This document shows positions 11,401-21,497 of a DNA stretch of 64,000 nt, piece after piece. Every line of letters begins with the position of its first letter. Position 1 is the stretch's first letter. Under the pieces are notes generated by a model. The model was not told where the DNA came from and ran no database searches. It was given only the letters and a program-made list of their open reading frames with translations. Source of the stretch: an uncultured virus (IMG/VR IMGVR_UViG_3300020475_000546) (lineage: Duplodnaviria > Heunggongvirae > Uroviricota > Caudoviricetes); IMG/VR virus record IMGVR_UViG_3300020475_000546, positions 1 through 64,000 of that record. The stretch is one strand, 5' to 3'. Made by a program: the position numbers and the translations under genes.

Positions 11401-14400
11401 GTAGATTTAGCAAATGCAGAAGCATCATCCAGTGTGAAAACACCGCTATTGTAAGTCGTGATAACGCCTTGAACCGATGGCCTTTGACATCTTGAAATCC
11501 ATCTGCCTGTATCAGCCGTAAGGAAATCCCAATACTGGTCTGTAATTTCAATTGACGACACATCGTCAGCCATCCCCCAATCAATAGAAAACCTGCTTTC
11601 GTATGTTTTCATCTGAGGTCTGTTTGTTGCCGTCATGGTGCAATCAATACTCATCTTAGTGGATCGGACTGAGGATAGCGGTGTCCTTGAATCGTTATCC
11701 GAGTTTTCAATTGAATCAACATCGAAAAACATAGACGGGAATAATGGTATTTCGGTAATAGCTCTTGTTGAGGCATAATAGGTGGATGCTTGCTTGTCAT
11801 TCCTAACTGAAGCATTACCACTACCCACTATCCTGTCTTTCCAACCGGGAAATAGCGGGTGTTCGGTGTATGTGGGTTGAATATCTATTCCGCCCTGTCC
11901 TAATCCGCCTAAAGTCAAGCTAACAGTCGGTGTTCCTAAATCTCCTATTTCCTTAATCGGAGAACCCTGACTCAAATTAAAATCTCGTATCGCCCTGCTA
12001 TCTGCAATATCCATCAGTATTGAACGCCCCCTCAATACCAATTGAGTAGTACCCATATCGTCAGATATAGGGGCTACCTCTTCGATTCTTCCTTTCATAA
12101 GATTCAATTCAATTATAGCGGTTGATGAATTGCCACCCCCATCTCTTGTAGTCAGTATATCGTCTAATGTAGCAAATCTGCTTCTCTTAGCTGGATGGAC
12201 TAAGACTAAGCTCTCGTCTGTTTTGAGGTCATTGTCTATCAAATCAAAGCCTGTTAGATTAGACCGTCTAAATGATGCAGGTGTTTGGGTTTGCCCTCTA
12301 TAATCGGTCTGTTTTGACCGTTGTATGTTTTCTATGAATAATGAATGGTATTCCGAGTTGCTTGTGTCATCGGGGGTGTTAGTGCTTGGAACGGGCTTGG
12401 GTCGGCCATATCCTTGAATGCCCGTGCCTACTGTAACTACGCAATCTTCGATATTGATGAAAGGAGAGGGTGTTATGTCGCCTGTCGGTGAAGCTGTTAG
12501 CGAATGGCTTGAGAATGTGCCGTTGAATGATGCTGTTGGAACTGAAATCAGCCCGCCCGGAGCTGTAATCTTGAATAGTATGTCTTTGTGATTAGCAGGT
12601 GTGCTTGAAAAGGGCTTTCTAAGCCATTCTGAGAGCGACTTAGAGCCAAAGTATGCACTACCACAGGGAACGGTCTTACGCACGACCAAATAGCCTGTAT
12701 TCCCTATTGCATGATAGCCCGTAAGTTTGGTGTTGATTCCGCTTCTAAGATTAAACCCTGTTCCAGCTACTACTTCTCCAGTCAAATCTATTGCATCATA
12801 ATAGACTAACACTTTCGAAGGGCCACCTGCACTAACAAGTGCGGTTGGTGATTTGATAACTGCAATCCGAGCTTCCTTCTCTGGGGTTAGGTGTCGGATG
12901 TATGCGTCATTGGTGGGAACGCCATTGGATAATTGAGCTGTATGATCCGTATCTAAGCCCTTTAGCATGAATGGCCTAATATCTTCAACCGCCAAAGCGA
13001 CTATTTCATCACGGGTTGATGCAGAAAAGCTGTTGGTAGCGTATGCCCCTACTCCTGATTCCGTAATTATCCTGTTGAAAGGAACGCTACTTGCATCTGT
13101 AGCTAATACTGATGACGAAGTATTAGTAACTCTTGTAATTCCACCAGAATATACATTCTCAGTAACTTTGACTATATCGTTCTGCCCAATAATAGAGCCA
13201 ATAGACATATCATCGCTAATGTATTCAAACGAGTTAGCAATTCCTTGAACAGTCTGCTTCACCGTCTGCTCATCGGGCTGTGGTAATTTTTTGAGGAAGA
13301 AATCACCATCAACCAATGTGTATGATGTAACACCACCCATAGCTGGATATGTATCAGCAGGGTCAGCTAACACAGTAGCACTATTTGATGAAAGTGTGCG
13401 ACTTTTTGGAGATATGAAATATGCGTCATTGTTGAACTCGGTGCTATCCGAGAATCTTTGATTCTGAGTAAATGTGTATTTTGTAAATGTGTCCTTTGCC
13501 CTTGTTTTCTGACCGCCTACGCTTGCATGGGTATTCTCATTACCTTGATCAATCAATACATCGGATTTTCCTAATACAAACCATACAAGTGCATCCGTGC
13601 TTGGTGGGAACAATGGCTTTTGGGTTTCGGGGAGATTATCAACACCATTGTTCTGCTCATCATTAGCCAAATGAATAGATGTATAACTCAATTTACTATT
13701 TACGAAATCTATTGCAGTAATCCTAACTCTTTCTGGAACTATTGACATGGGATTCATATCAACCGCAGTAGCTGAAGCTGTTGCTACATCATCAGACCAC
13801 CTAATCATCTTGCTTGCCGGACTGGTGCAAAGACCAGTTAGTGGGTGCGTTCCAGAATGGTTGATTATCGCATTTAATGAAGTTGAGGCAACCCCGCTAA
13901 AGTATTCTGCATCGGTTAAGCTCAATGTTCCCGAAGCATACCATGTTTGATTCTTAATGTCCTCCAAATCAACGCCTGTGATGTAAGATGCTAACTTTTC
14001 CAATGCGGTATAACGATCCACACTTGCATTGGGATTAGCTGGATAATCACGGATCTTGAATGTAGTCCCGCTATCGCCTGTGAATGTATGTCCTACTGCT
14101 ACCATAGGTAAAGGCATCAAACCATCATGAGTATCCGGCCCATCTCTCCCTTGATTGGTAACTGCTGCACGGGCATTATCAAAGAAGTAAATATCGGGCA
14201 TTTCAAAATCATCTTCAAATAACCACAGTCCAAGTGTGGTGTCGTTGTTGGTTAATGGTTCTAATTTAGGGTCTGTAATCCCTCGATTCAATCTTATTGA
14301 CTCTATTATCCCCCTAAACTCTCCACCTTGACCCCCTATAAACAAGTCAGAAGATTTCTCAGCTACTAACGGTTTTTCACCTGCGAGATTTTGTTCAGCA

Positions 14401-14921
14401 ACAAGATCGCCATTGATATAACAGCGAATGAACTGCCTTGTGAATTGAGCTGTGAGCATTACCAATGGTTGTTCTCCAAGAGTAAGGTCGTGTGGCTTAT
14501 GCTCACTACCACTATATGTTCCTGAGTTGCTTTGAGTAGCTACAGGTGCATTGTATGTGGTTTCTAAGCGATATGTGCGTTCATCAGTAATAACATCAAA
14601 AACCATCGGCCCAGAAGAAAAAGGATTCCCATAGGTTAGCTTGAATTGTCCGGGTTTTTCAAGAACAACACCACCATAATCTGGGATAATACACGCATCA
14701 ATAGTAAATGAACCTCTAATCGTATTCAACGGATTAGAAATCGAAGGCTCATGCAACCTACCTATTCTTGGTGCATCGCTCTTAGGTGATTTTGCTGTTG
14801 CGGCAAATGCAGGGTGTCTTAGATCTATGCCCGATTCACGGAACTTGCCTGTCGGCACGACTAATCCATCAGTTAGGCCATTTAGCCTAACGGCTTTACC
14901 ATGATAACGAATCAACCCCAT
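8424..14921 (-). CDS. giant tail-tip protein with N- and C-terminal LamG/concanavalin A-like domains
   Basis: LamG-like motifs (RCYINGDLV..LFIGG..FRGIIESIR; FSGTLSNVAIHNYPLTQAD); probable start MGLIRY at 14921. Confidence 0.7.
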   Translation of the reverse strand: MGLIRYHGKAVRLNGLTDGLVVPTGKFRESGIDLRHPAFAATAKSPKSDAPRIGRLHEPSISNPLNTIRGSFTIDACIIPDYGGVVLEKPGQFKLTYGNPFSSGPMVFDVITDERTYRLETTYNAPVATQSNSGTYSGSEHKPHDLTLGEQPLVMLTAQFTRQFIRCYINGDLVAEQNLAGEKPLVAEKSSDLFIGGQGGEFRGIIESIRLNRGITDPKLEPLTNNDTTLGLWLFEDDFEMPDIYFFDNARAAVTNQGRDGPDTHDGLMPLPMVAVGHTFTGDSGTTFKIRDYPANPNASVDRYTALEKLASYITGVDLEDIKNQTWYASGTLSLTDAEYFSGVASTSLNAIINHSGTHPLTGLCTSPASKMIRWSDDVATASATAVDMNPMSIVPERVRITAIDFVNSKLSYTSIHLANDEQNNGVDNLPETQKPLFPPSTDALVWFVLGKSDVLIDQGNENTHASVGGQKTRAKDTFTKYTFTQNQRFSDSTEFNNDAYFISPKSRTLSSNSATVLADPADTYPAMGGVTSYTLVDGDFFLKKLPQPDEQTVKQTVQGIANSFEYISDDMSIGSIIGQNDIVKVTENVYSGGITRVTNTSSSVLATDASSVPFNRIITESGVGAYATNSFSASTRDEIVALAVEDIRPFMLKGLDTDHTAQLSNGVPTNDAYIRHLTPEKEARIAVIKSPTALVSAGGPSKVLVYYDAIDLTGEVVAGTGFNLRSGINTKLTGYHAIGNTGYLVVRKTVPCGSAYFGSKSLSEWLRKPFSSTPANHKDILFKITAPGGLISVPTASFNGTFSSHSLTASPTGDITPSPFINIEDCVVTVGTGIQGYGRPKPVPSTNTPDDTSNSEYHSLFIENIQRSKQTDYRGQTQTPASFRRSNLTGFDLIDNDLKTDESLVLVHPAKRSRFATLDDILTTRDGGGNSSTAIIELNLMKGRIEEVAPISDDMGTTQLVLRGRSILMDIADSRAIRDFNLSQGSPIKEIGDLGTPTVSLTLGGLGQGGIDIQPTYTEHPLFPGWKDRIVGSGNASVRNDKQASTYYASTRAITEIPLFPSMFFDVDSIENSDNDSRTPLSSVRSTKMSIDCTMTATNRPQMKTYESRFSIDWGMADDVSSIEITDQYWDFLTADTGRWISRCQRPSVQGVITTYNSGVFTLDDASAFAKSTLERGSADYCDNTFWITIGEGHPTINDGLGQLVKVTYTNATTLTRVNGIPIRHPVTLADQDSTTPNGLFTGSVATLGGYIHLGVGYVQNADGSNSSTAVTNADFIASLADVIAAYNSAHGTPSSLDGYEFSKLAPLLAEEMATAACNLLGKTSSARQQDPDNVARYLIKEGPNMEAFDWDIAEVQEASADRYTDPPVIMKCSHLSLKGKKSDGSALDYVRPLELDFNDIAVKMGDFNLCVEEVIRRINMAGHPQAKNSQSGSAFDPPPLFATTNADTGTHMGYVRAFMGKDTESRDGEAGASIVIHSTVPGATGRNFCVHINNNTPYAYKPATVIGYGGLSANNSRSYHPNSFPAPLPIGSDGETYVPISTFRGAPHGSIHDAEGNIRSYDGLGGVCKIKTVATPSVVQTSDGNTYALWNGKMVFPQANVSSAVSTGYISGLAVSIKTEDWMKRIGALTSAANKGIMRVKGQLADFEYISQSVGSGTSTNAFYIHKIYPREDLDSFYQIFYEDVGDAATEINNIDVEILWPRLDPNGIVFFGGGHTGVVLDISDGTANDYSSDYKHFLSKGPTGFSGFQNLHETSTASAVLDFTDITNEDTINENTLRGFHHKLIVDSSGNMVDGCRVYVRMNETVASGSHSQNNAQMTEDIYGSPIRVTGTGANFTLVNGPANSVDSADKGIQFNDGGTGEKDQCIALYNYNSGVEAEYGPMADFDCRTDFSISAFFNQGSLSNPTCGPIISGLDSNGRPWGLFLAGKNAGVNQYIQVAFCYATSSGNKKVVFNDVDRGGLRIDRDAWSCVVASKSGDNATIYLANATGLKFGGNNIGGSWDIGTVNLTGMQDITTSRRVHDGGSLSNEVNVSTTSSSSALYVAASIPSALGTTAATKMSLIGVSALKKISFGSSTTTNMIGKMYQHPYDAITSSSYVEMSHIAKKGSDGTFIDASDGANDGRMDISDTLFFSGTLSNVAIHNYPLTQADATALWDAKGVW

Positions 14922-14922
14922 C

Positions 14923-16206
14923 TCAAATACCGACCAATTGCTCAACAACAGCCAAGCTCAATTCATAACTCCAAAATCCATCGCCAGCTTCGTATGAAGG
15001 ATTCCAAGTCAGAAGAGTACAAGGTAATGCAACACCCTGTTCCAAATATGGGTTGGGTCGCACTTTTTCGTTATTTACAATTGACACAGGGTCAAACTCT
15101 CTTGTGTTTTGTGAGGCAGAATAGTTTGTTCCCGGCCCTGCGGGTATTATGAATTGCCTCAATACTTCTTGGCCTGTGCTTGAACTTGCTATTGACTCAT
15201 AAGGAACTCGAACACCTACGATATACTTCTTCACCACTTCGGCATCTTCAATTTGTAAGAACCTTGATGCGTCAAAAGATGCAACGCTATCGGGCAAATC
15301 AATTACATCGCCCGTTAGTGTATTTGGGGAGAGTAAAGCACCACCCGCAGACATATTAGCAAGATTCAGTAATTCTTGCACCTTATCTCCCATTGTCATT
15401 TTATTGGAATTAACGCCACCAGTCATATTGCTAACATAGAACGACTTATCCCATTTAGCTCTTGAACCATCAACCAAAGCGTATGTATTACTACCTGCAT
15501 TCACGCCTTTTTGAATTGAAACCGCAACATCTCCGCCCGATCCTATTGATTTATTCTTGATTAAGATCTGCTCGCCATTATAGACGGTGCTTATATCGCC
15601 TGTTTGGTGAAAATATGAATTATTCATCTGTTGGCCTTTGGCTTGAGATATGGAAAAGGCCGTTGTGAAGGCGGTTGTTGCACCATCAATGGTTATACTT
15701 GCAGAATTGAGTGCATTTACAATAGTAGTAGCAAGAGAGTCTGATGTAGTCGTTGAGCTGATATTTACACCGATTATACTATCTCCTACACTTGATGTTG
15801 TAGTGCCGTTGGCGAGCCTTATGGCAGTAGTTTCTCCTAGCCCTGCATCAAGTTGCCCTTTTGATTTGAATGAAATCTCAACACCGTCTAAATCTGCTTT
15901 TACTGTGTTCCATGCACCTGATGATGTTGAATACTGCCCATACCATGTTGAGCTAGGGATTGTTCCTGAAGCTTGAGATAGATCTATGGTAAAAGCTGAC
16001 CCTGTACCCAATACTTCGCTATCGTCATCTGTAACTATTCCACCTATGCTGATTCCTACATCGGTTAGGTTGGTATCAATACCAAAACGCTGACCTAAGA
16101 ATGGTATCGGTGCAACCGTAGTGTTTCTTTTCAAATCAAAGGTGATGGTATTCGCATCTAACTCGATAATTGAGCTATCCCTTCTAATGAGCTGTATCTT
16201 CGGCAT
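14923..16206 (-). CDS. distal tail (Dit-like) protein
   Basis: Directly follows the TMP; compact N- and C-terminal beta segments flank an inserted Ser/Thr-rich domain. Confidence 0.55.
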   Translation of the reverse strand: MPKIQLIRRDSSIIELDANTITFDLKRNTTVAPIPFLGQRFGIDTNLTDVGISIGGIVTDDDSEVLGTGSAFTIDLSQASGTIPSSTWYGQYSTSSGAWNTVKADLDGVEISFKSKGQLDAGLGETTAIRLANGTTTSSVGDSIIGVNISSTTTSDSLATTIVNALNSASITIDGATTAFTTAFSISQAKGQQMNNSYFHQTGDISTVYNGEQILIKNKSIGSGGDVAVSIQKGVNAGSNTYALVDGSRAKWDKSFYVSNMTGGVNSNKMTMGDKVQELLNLANMSAGGALLSPNTLTGDVIDLPDSVASFDASRFLQIEDAEVVKKYIVGVRVPYESIASSSTGQEVLRQFIIPAGPGTNYSASQNTREFDPVSIVNNEKVRPNPYLEQGVALPCTLLTWNPSYEAGDGFWSYELSLAVVEQLVGI

Positions 16207-16208
16207 TA

Positions 16209-17828
16209 TCAGACACCCCTTGTGAAGCCCATTCCTCTTGACCTATTTCTGAATGTGCGTTGAACCTCTTGACTGACGGCTCTAGCTATATCCTTAGCAT
16301 TACCGCCACCCTTCACAGCGATATTAACCGTGATGTTATCTCCACTACCGCCACCCATTCCTTTGACGGTTACAGGGATAGTCCTACCGTCTGGAAGAGG
16401 AACTACCGCTTCCGTTCCGTGTAATGCGACAGGGTATCCGCTTGTTGGCCCTCTTGATATACCCCCAGAAGCAAACGGATTCAGACTATCTAACAAACCA
16501 CCACCCGCATCCATAAGGCCACCTAATGATATTGAGTCAATTGCATCAATTAACTCATTGATTGGGGACATAACATAATCAATAGCTTCTGTTATTGGAT
16601 CCTTTATTGCATCATACATTGATTCGAATATGCCCGCTACTTCTTCAAATACATACACAAATGGTGCGATAATCGCTTCCCCAATGTTGATGAATATCGC
16701 TACCAAAGAGTCAAACAAATCTCCGGCTATATCCAAAACCTTGCTAAACAAGCCACCGATGATTCCCGGTATGTCACGCCAATTCCCTGTGAATATAGCC
16801 ATCCATACATCTGCAATTGTTTTCATCACGGCAAAAGCGATTCTAAATGCAGCTACTACTATTGCTATTGCCCCCGCAATTACATTTATGATGATTTTAA
16901 CTACACTAACAATTCCAACAGCAATTGGCCCTAAGAAGAATGCGAGAACTTTTGCGGTTAGAACCAATATCTCCCCTACTACGATTACAAAGGGTGGTAA
17001 AACCGCACCTATCCAACCAATCAAATCCGCAAAGAATAGCAATAACCCGCTATTTATCATGAAATCAACAAAACCGCCAAAGATTGCTGATACTGCCGCA
17101 AACACCGAATCAAAGTTTATACCGAAGGCATTCAATATCTCTCCAATGTAACCAAAGACCAATAATACTGCGGTCAAAATGCCTGAATAGCCATCAATAA
17201 TAGCTTGGAATGCACCTGTTTCGGCCATATATGTGAATAATCTAGCGAACTCTCCAATTACCATAGCAATTACATTGAATGCAAACACATAGAATTGCAT
17301 TATTAGTGATATAAGACCCATGATTGCTACTGTTGCTACATTCAGTAAAGGCGACCAGTCTAATGCAAGAATTGTAGCTCCGATAGTCTGAAGATGACCA
17401 ATGACTTCCATTATAGAGTCCTTAATATTTTCAAATGCGGCAAAGAACTCAGGGAACGCTGCCGTAGCCCCTCCTATTGATCCTGTAAATATCACAAGAG
17501 CTGTTGATACCAAAGCAAATATTCCAACAAGGAATAAAATCGTCATTTTCATGGCTTGAAGCGTCTTTGTTAGTGGGCTTAATGCGTCACTCAACGCTTC
17601 AACGGATTCTGTTGTTTCATCAACGGTCTTATCCGTGTCTGTAAATGCCTCAGCTAACAGAATAAGATACTGTTTTGCCTTCATGAATATATCAGTTAGT
17701 GGCCCTAATGTCGTATTCAGAACTTTGTACTTCAATGCGGCTACTTGTGCTTCTTTGCTAGATTTTTTCATCCCAACCATAGCGTTGGCTAATCCACTTA
17801 ACCCGGCTGTAAAATCACCTGCCGCCAT
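16209..17828 (-). CDS. tail tape measure protein
   Basis: Long amphipathic/hydrophobic helices; C-terminal FASGG...LHGTEAVVPL motif typical of TMPs; follows the chaperone pair. Confidence 0.85.
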   Translation of the reverse strand: MAAGDFTAGLSGLANAMVGMKKSSKEAQVAALKYKVLNTTLGPLTDIFMKAKQYLILLAEAFTDTDKTVDETTESVEALSDALSPLTKTLQAMKMTILFLVGIFALVSTALVIFTGSIGGATAAFPEFFAAFENIKDSIMEVIGHLQTIGATILALDWSPLLNVATVAIMGLISLIMQFYVFAFNVIAMVIGEFARLFTYMAETGAFQAIIDGYSGILTAVLLVFGYIGEILNAFGINFDSVFAAVSAIFGGFVDFMINSGLLLFFADLIGWIGAVLPPFVIVVGEILVLTAKVLAFFLGPIAVGIVSVVKIIINVIAGAIAIVVAAFRIAFAVMKTIADVWMAIFTGNWRDIPGIIGGLFSKVLDIAGDLFDSLVAIFINIGEAIIAPFVYVFEEVAGIFESMYDAIKDPITEAIDYVMSPINELIDAIDSISLGGLMDAGGGLLDSLNPFASGGISRGPTSGYPVALHGTEAVVPLPDGRTIPVTVKGMGGGSGDNITVNIAVKGGGNAKDIARAVSQEVQRTFRNRSRGMGFTRGV

Positions 17829-18195
17829 CTCCCTCTCCCCTCATGTCAGCATTGACACGATCAAAGAAATCTTCCAGCTCCCCCGCATCACTGGTAGTCC
17901 GTATAACACGCCCGCCTTTATTGTTGCCTTTGTTATACTGCCTTTGTTGCTCTTTACGCTGTTTATCCAAAGCTTCTGCCTGTTTTTCTTGCGACACCTG
18001 CACGAACATATAATCGAGCATAACACGATCATATGGTTGGTCATCCCATGAATGAGGTGGGCAATTAAAATGCGTTCCAAGAACAAATCTAATCGTTTGA
18101 AAGGTCAAGGCGTTTGTTTGTTCCTTGCTGAAAGGATTGACCTTCCCTTCACTATCAATATACTTCTTCAAGTTGGGGAAGGTTATCCCAAAGGG
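17815..18195 (-). CDS. tail assembly chaperone, -1 frameshift extension (gpGT-like part)
   Basis: The -1 frame is open from slippery site C CCT TTG through PFGITFPNLKKYIDSEGK; sits just before the TMP. Confidence 0.8.
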   Translation of the reverse strand, partial: PFGITFPNLKKYIDSEGKVNPFSKEQTNALTFQTIRFVLGTHFNCPPHSWDDQPYDRVMLDYMFVQVSQEKQAEALDKQRKEQQRQYNKGNNKGGRVIRTTSDAGELEDFFDRVNADMRGEGDGGR

Positions 18196-18530
18196 GATGT
18201 TTCGCCACCTATGTTCTCCATCAATTGAGTAAGGCTAGGCAATACTGCCTGTAGCTTTGAGCCGACTTCAGGCTTTAGCTTATTCAGATCCGACTTTTTG
18301 ATTTGAGGCTCGGTTTTCACTACACACTTGTTTAGAACATATTTCCAATAACCGCCAAAATCCAATTGGGGGCTAATATCATCTCCCTCCATATTGAACT
18401 CAACGAACTTAGTAAGAGCTTCTTGTTGCTCAATCCAAGATAATGGTTTAATCCAAACCTCAAGGTTGCCCTCTTTGGTTTCTATTGTATGATGATCTGG
18501 ATCACTACTAATTATGAAACGACTACTCAA
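18183..18530 (-). CDS. tail assembly chaperone (gpG-like)
   Basis: Lies between tail tube and TMP; probable TTG start at 18530 after GGTGA; ends in the slippery site. Confidence 0.8.
   Translation of the reverse strand: MSSRFIISSDPDHHTIETKEGNLEVWIKPLSWIEQQEALTKFVEFNMEGDDISPQLDFGGYWKYVLNKCVVKTEPQIKKSDLNKLKPEVGSKLQAVLPSLTQLMENIGGETSPLG
18189..18195 (-). promoter_or_regulatory. -1 programmed ribosomal frameshift slippery heptamer CCCTTTG
   Basis: X XXY YYZ pattern in the correct frame, one codon (GGA) before the TAA stop of the chaperone gene. Confidence 0.8.
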
Positions 18531-18912
18531 TCGTATCACCTTCTGACTCGCCATCAACCGCTATTTCATCAGACTCCCCCGAATCCTCCACAGCTTCTTC
18601 CACTACAACCCCAACACCATCGGGGTTGGATGCTTCCCAAGCCCTAAGTCGAGTAATTAAATCGCTCTTGTTACCATAAATTGGCTCTCCCCTTTCTGTT
18701 AAGAGAACTCTCAAATCTACTACCGTCAAACTTTCGTAATTATCAGTCACAACCGCTTCCGCTTCAACCTCAACAGGGATAAACAAAGAACCAGTCCAAG
18801 ATAGCCCTGCTGAGCTTAAACCACCCGCAGATGTTATTGTTCCCGTTTCATCAATAGTCCAATCAACAAGGTGGCTTGAACCACCGACAATTACTGTTCC
18901 ATGTATCCTCAT
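18523..18912 (-). CDS. SAP-domain protein
   Basis: LTVVDLRVLLTERGEPIYGNKSDLITRL matches the SAP helix-extension-helix pattern; acidic tail. Confidence 0.75.
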   Translation of the reverse strand: MRIHGTVIVGGSSHLVDWTIDETGTITSAGGLSSAGLSWTGSLFIPVEVEAEAVVTDNYESLTVVDLRVLLTERGEPIYGNKSDLITRLRAWEASNPDGVGVVVEEAVEDSGESDEIAVDGESEGDTIE

Positions 18913-18951
18913 TGTATCATCTCATCTTTCTCTCTTTCATAACAGTTTTCA

Positions 18952-21153
18952 TCATAGTATGAAGTATGGCGAGTTTTCAGACACCTTCATGTGCCTTACG
19001 ACTATCTCCACATCAGCCATGACGGGAGATTTATCAGACGGAACTTGGTGTTCCGATTTAGTAATCGTATAGTCCTCTAAAGTAATGGTCGCAGTTTCTC
19101 TTGTTGCATTACTTCCAACCTTAGTCATAGTGATTGTAATGTCATTGGTGTTTTTGTGATGTTTTCTGGTTCTCAATTCATCCCAAAGCCTCTCATCCTC
19201 AACCATTACCTGCATAGAGAAGCTGTATTCTCTCTTGCCCTCAGTAATCTCAAGTGGAAGTTGTGTTGCACCGTGTTGAATCTGATCGTTATCAACGGTA
19301 GTGCCTTCATATCCTCGAATAAACCATCGTGATTCCAAATTATTAGTTACAGATAGGCTGAACTGTGTTCCTCTAAGGACTGGTCTGCCGAACACTTCAA
19401 CATTCACATCTTGGAACAGATATGGTTTCTCACCATCTACTGCAATACCAGATATTTTTCTATTTACCGCAGATTCAGCAGTATTGTCAAACATCCTGTG
19501 AGGCTTCATCGTGTTTGTTGTAGCGGTGTAGTGCCTTGCAGCTTCATAACTTAGGTTTAGTTTGACTTCGCCCTCAGAATCAGCATCAATGGTAGCTTCA
19601 GTAGCCTTGCACCCGCTATACAGACGAAGCAATTGCTTTGAATCCACATCTGCGTCTTTCTGCCTAAAGGATTGCTCAACCGTGAATGAAGGCAATACAT
19701 TGTGTCCGAACAAAGTATGAGTCACACCGAATTGTAGCTCTTTTGATGTTGCATCTATGTGTGGGCTTCCTCTTTGATTGCTCGTTCCGGTGTATTGTAG
19801 CCTCTCAACGCCACATGATGTAGATGTGTGGTCAAATGTTAGTGGTTCTTCCACATAAATATAATCGGCATCATTACCGTTAGATGTGCCTATTGCTATA
19901 ACTCTTCTAAGCTCATTCTTGAATATCTGACGATCTGTTTCAGCTGCATCTTGCCCCGGTATGGTGTGCTTGTCTTTGTCTATGATTTGCACATAACTTG
20001 TTCCAGCTGTGAACTTAGCAGCATTAGCCGAACCGACTTTGATTCTAATATCGCCCGCAGATATGTTAGCAGTAACACTACCTAACAGATAAACCGCTTT
20101 ATCTTCAGTCTGCGCCCTCGCTAAAGCTCCAGAATCTATATCTGCACAGCTACTCAAAACCGCCCCAGAAGCTGAACCGTAGGATCCATAGAGGACAGCA
20201 CCCGTAGCTGAGAGAACCTTGAAGATTCCACCCGTTGTAAGGGCGTTTTCGAATGTGGTTGCGATTGCAGTATCAAATGTAATGTCCGTGCCTGTGTCTG
20301 CCGTAACCATTCCACCCAATAGGAAATTACCCGTTAGGCTATTTCCTGTCATAGTAAGAGCCGAGCTATTTGTTGCGGTGATTGAAGTGTCTGTGTCGTC
20401 TGAAACGCCATATCCTTGAGCTGCAAAAGTAGCGGAAACTGAACCCGTTTTGATATTTAGAGGGAAGCCACCTATCGCTGTCCCTGCTGCCGAGCTGTAT
20501 GCGAACTCACCTTGACTCTTGGCCGAATGACCGCCCAATGCGTATTTCATCCACCTTAGAGTATGTGCATTTAGTTGCATAGAACCGCCCGATAGGGTTT
20601 CTCTCCCGCTTGTTAGGATATTTACATCTCTTCCAAGACCTACAATGTGCTGTTGTCTAACATCAATTTCTGGTTCGGGTATTGCGAACTCATTCAACAA
20701 GCCAATGAACTGATCCGTCTTTACCTGCTGATTAGTTGTAGTCATAGTTGATTCAAAGGTAGGACACCGATAGAAATCAATTACCAAGTTATCGTCATCT
20801 GTAGTCGCTGTTGCGGCAGTAGTCAATAAAGCAGGTTGAACGGTAATCGTACCTGCTCCAGTATCATTTGCAGTAATGTAATATGTTCTCTTAGTGGTAG
20901 CAAAGTCATCTGCGGAATAAGCACCCCCGCCTTCAATCCTCATTGTGCAACCAACAAGTATGTTATCGGGCAGTTTCAAATCAGGGCCTGTTGCTGTCCA
21001 GTATTCGTCAGCACCCAATGTCAAAAGACTGGTATTTCCAGATACCGAAGTATGAACCCAATTGGCTTGAGATGTTTTTCCATCAATTCTAAGTCCGGTT
21101 TCCTTGCCGAATGATACTTCCGCTAAGTCACCTTTGTAAAGCGTGTTCGCCAT
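18952..21153 (-). CDS. major tail tube protein with inserted domains
   Basis: Start MANTLYKGDLAEVSFGKE; tube-like motifs (PSFTVEQ, YSGCK, FSLSVTNNL, ITEGKREYS); precedes the chaperones. Confidence 0.75.
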   Translation of the reverse strand: MANTLYKGDLAEVSFGKETGLRIDGKTSQANWVHTSVSGNTSLLTLGADEYWTATGPDLKLPDNILVGCTMRIEGGGAYSADDFATTKRTYYITANDTGAGTITVQPALLTTAATATTDDDNLVIDFYRCPTFESTMTTTNQQVKTDQFIGLLNEFAIPEPEIDVRQQHIVGLGRDVNILTSGRETLSGGSMQLNAHTLRWMKYALGGHSAKSQGEFAYSSAAGTAIGGFPLNIKTGSVSATFAAQGYGVSDDTDTSITATNSSALTMTGNSLTGNFLLGGMVTADTGTDITFDTAIATTFENALTTGGIFKVLSATGAVLYGSYGSASGAVLSSCADIDSGALARAQTEDKAVYLLGSVTANISAGDIRIKVGSANAAKFTAGTSYVQIIDKDKHTIPGQDAAETDRQIFKNELRRVIAIGTSNGNDADYIYVEEPLTFDHTSTSCGVERLQYTGTSNQRGSPHIDATSKELQFGVTHTLFGHNVLPSFTVEQSFRQKDADVDSKQLLRLYSGCKATEATIDADSEGEVKLNLSYEAARHYTATTNTMKPHRMFDNTAESAVNRKISGIAVDGEKPYLFQDVNVEVFGRPVLRGTQFSLSVTNNLESRWFIRGYEGTTVDNDQIQHGATQLPLEITEGKREYSFSMQVMVEDERLWDELRTRKHHKNTNDITITMTKVGSNATRETATITLEDYTITKSEHQVPSDKSPVMADVEIVVRHMKVSENSPYFIL

Positions 21154-21176
21154 GGCTATCAAATAGACTACGAAGG

Positions 21177-21190
21177 ACAATCGTTCTTAA
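21177..21190 (-). promoter_or_regulatory. putative late promoter TTAAGAACGATTGT
   Basis: Matches the repeated intergenic motif; 23 nt before the tail tube ATG. Confidence 0.55.
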
Positions 21191-21204
21191 GCAGTTGCTA
21201 AAAA

Positions 21205-21480
21205 TCATTCTTCTTCAGCGTCTGGTTCTTGATTTTCCGGTATAACGCCCTCATCTCTAATGCGGATTGCATTCTGAATCTCGCTAATATCGTTCAATAA
21301 TTGCGTTCTTGCACCATCAACGGCTGCATAGAATCTCTCTAAAGCTCTAACGAAAACTAATCTATCGGCAGAAATAACTTCAGATCGCTTGAGCATATTC
21401 AAAAGCTCTTCTCCTGATATAACACGCTCTTGCGGTTCTACTGTTTCTTCGACCTTTTCAGACTTGCCTTTCTTCGCCAT
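21205..21480 (-). CDS. small helical/coiled-coil protein, possibly a fibre chaperone
   Basis: 91 aa, helical; follows the fibre/adhesin block. Confidence 0.5.
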   Translation of the reverse strand: MAKKGKSEKVEETVEPQERVISGEELLNMLKRSEVISADRLVFVRALERFYAAVDGARTQLLNDISEIQNAIRIRDEGVIPENQEPDAEEE

Positions 21481-21497
21481 TAGTGCAGGGGGATGGC

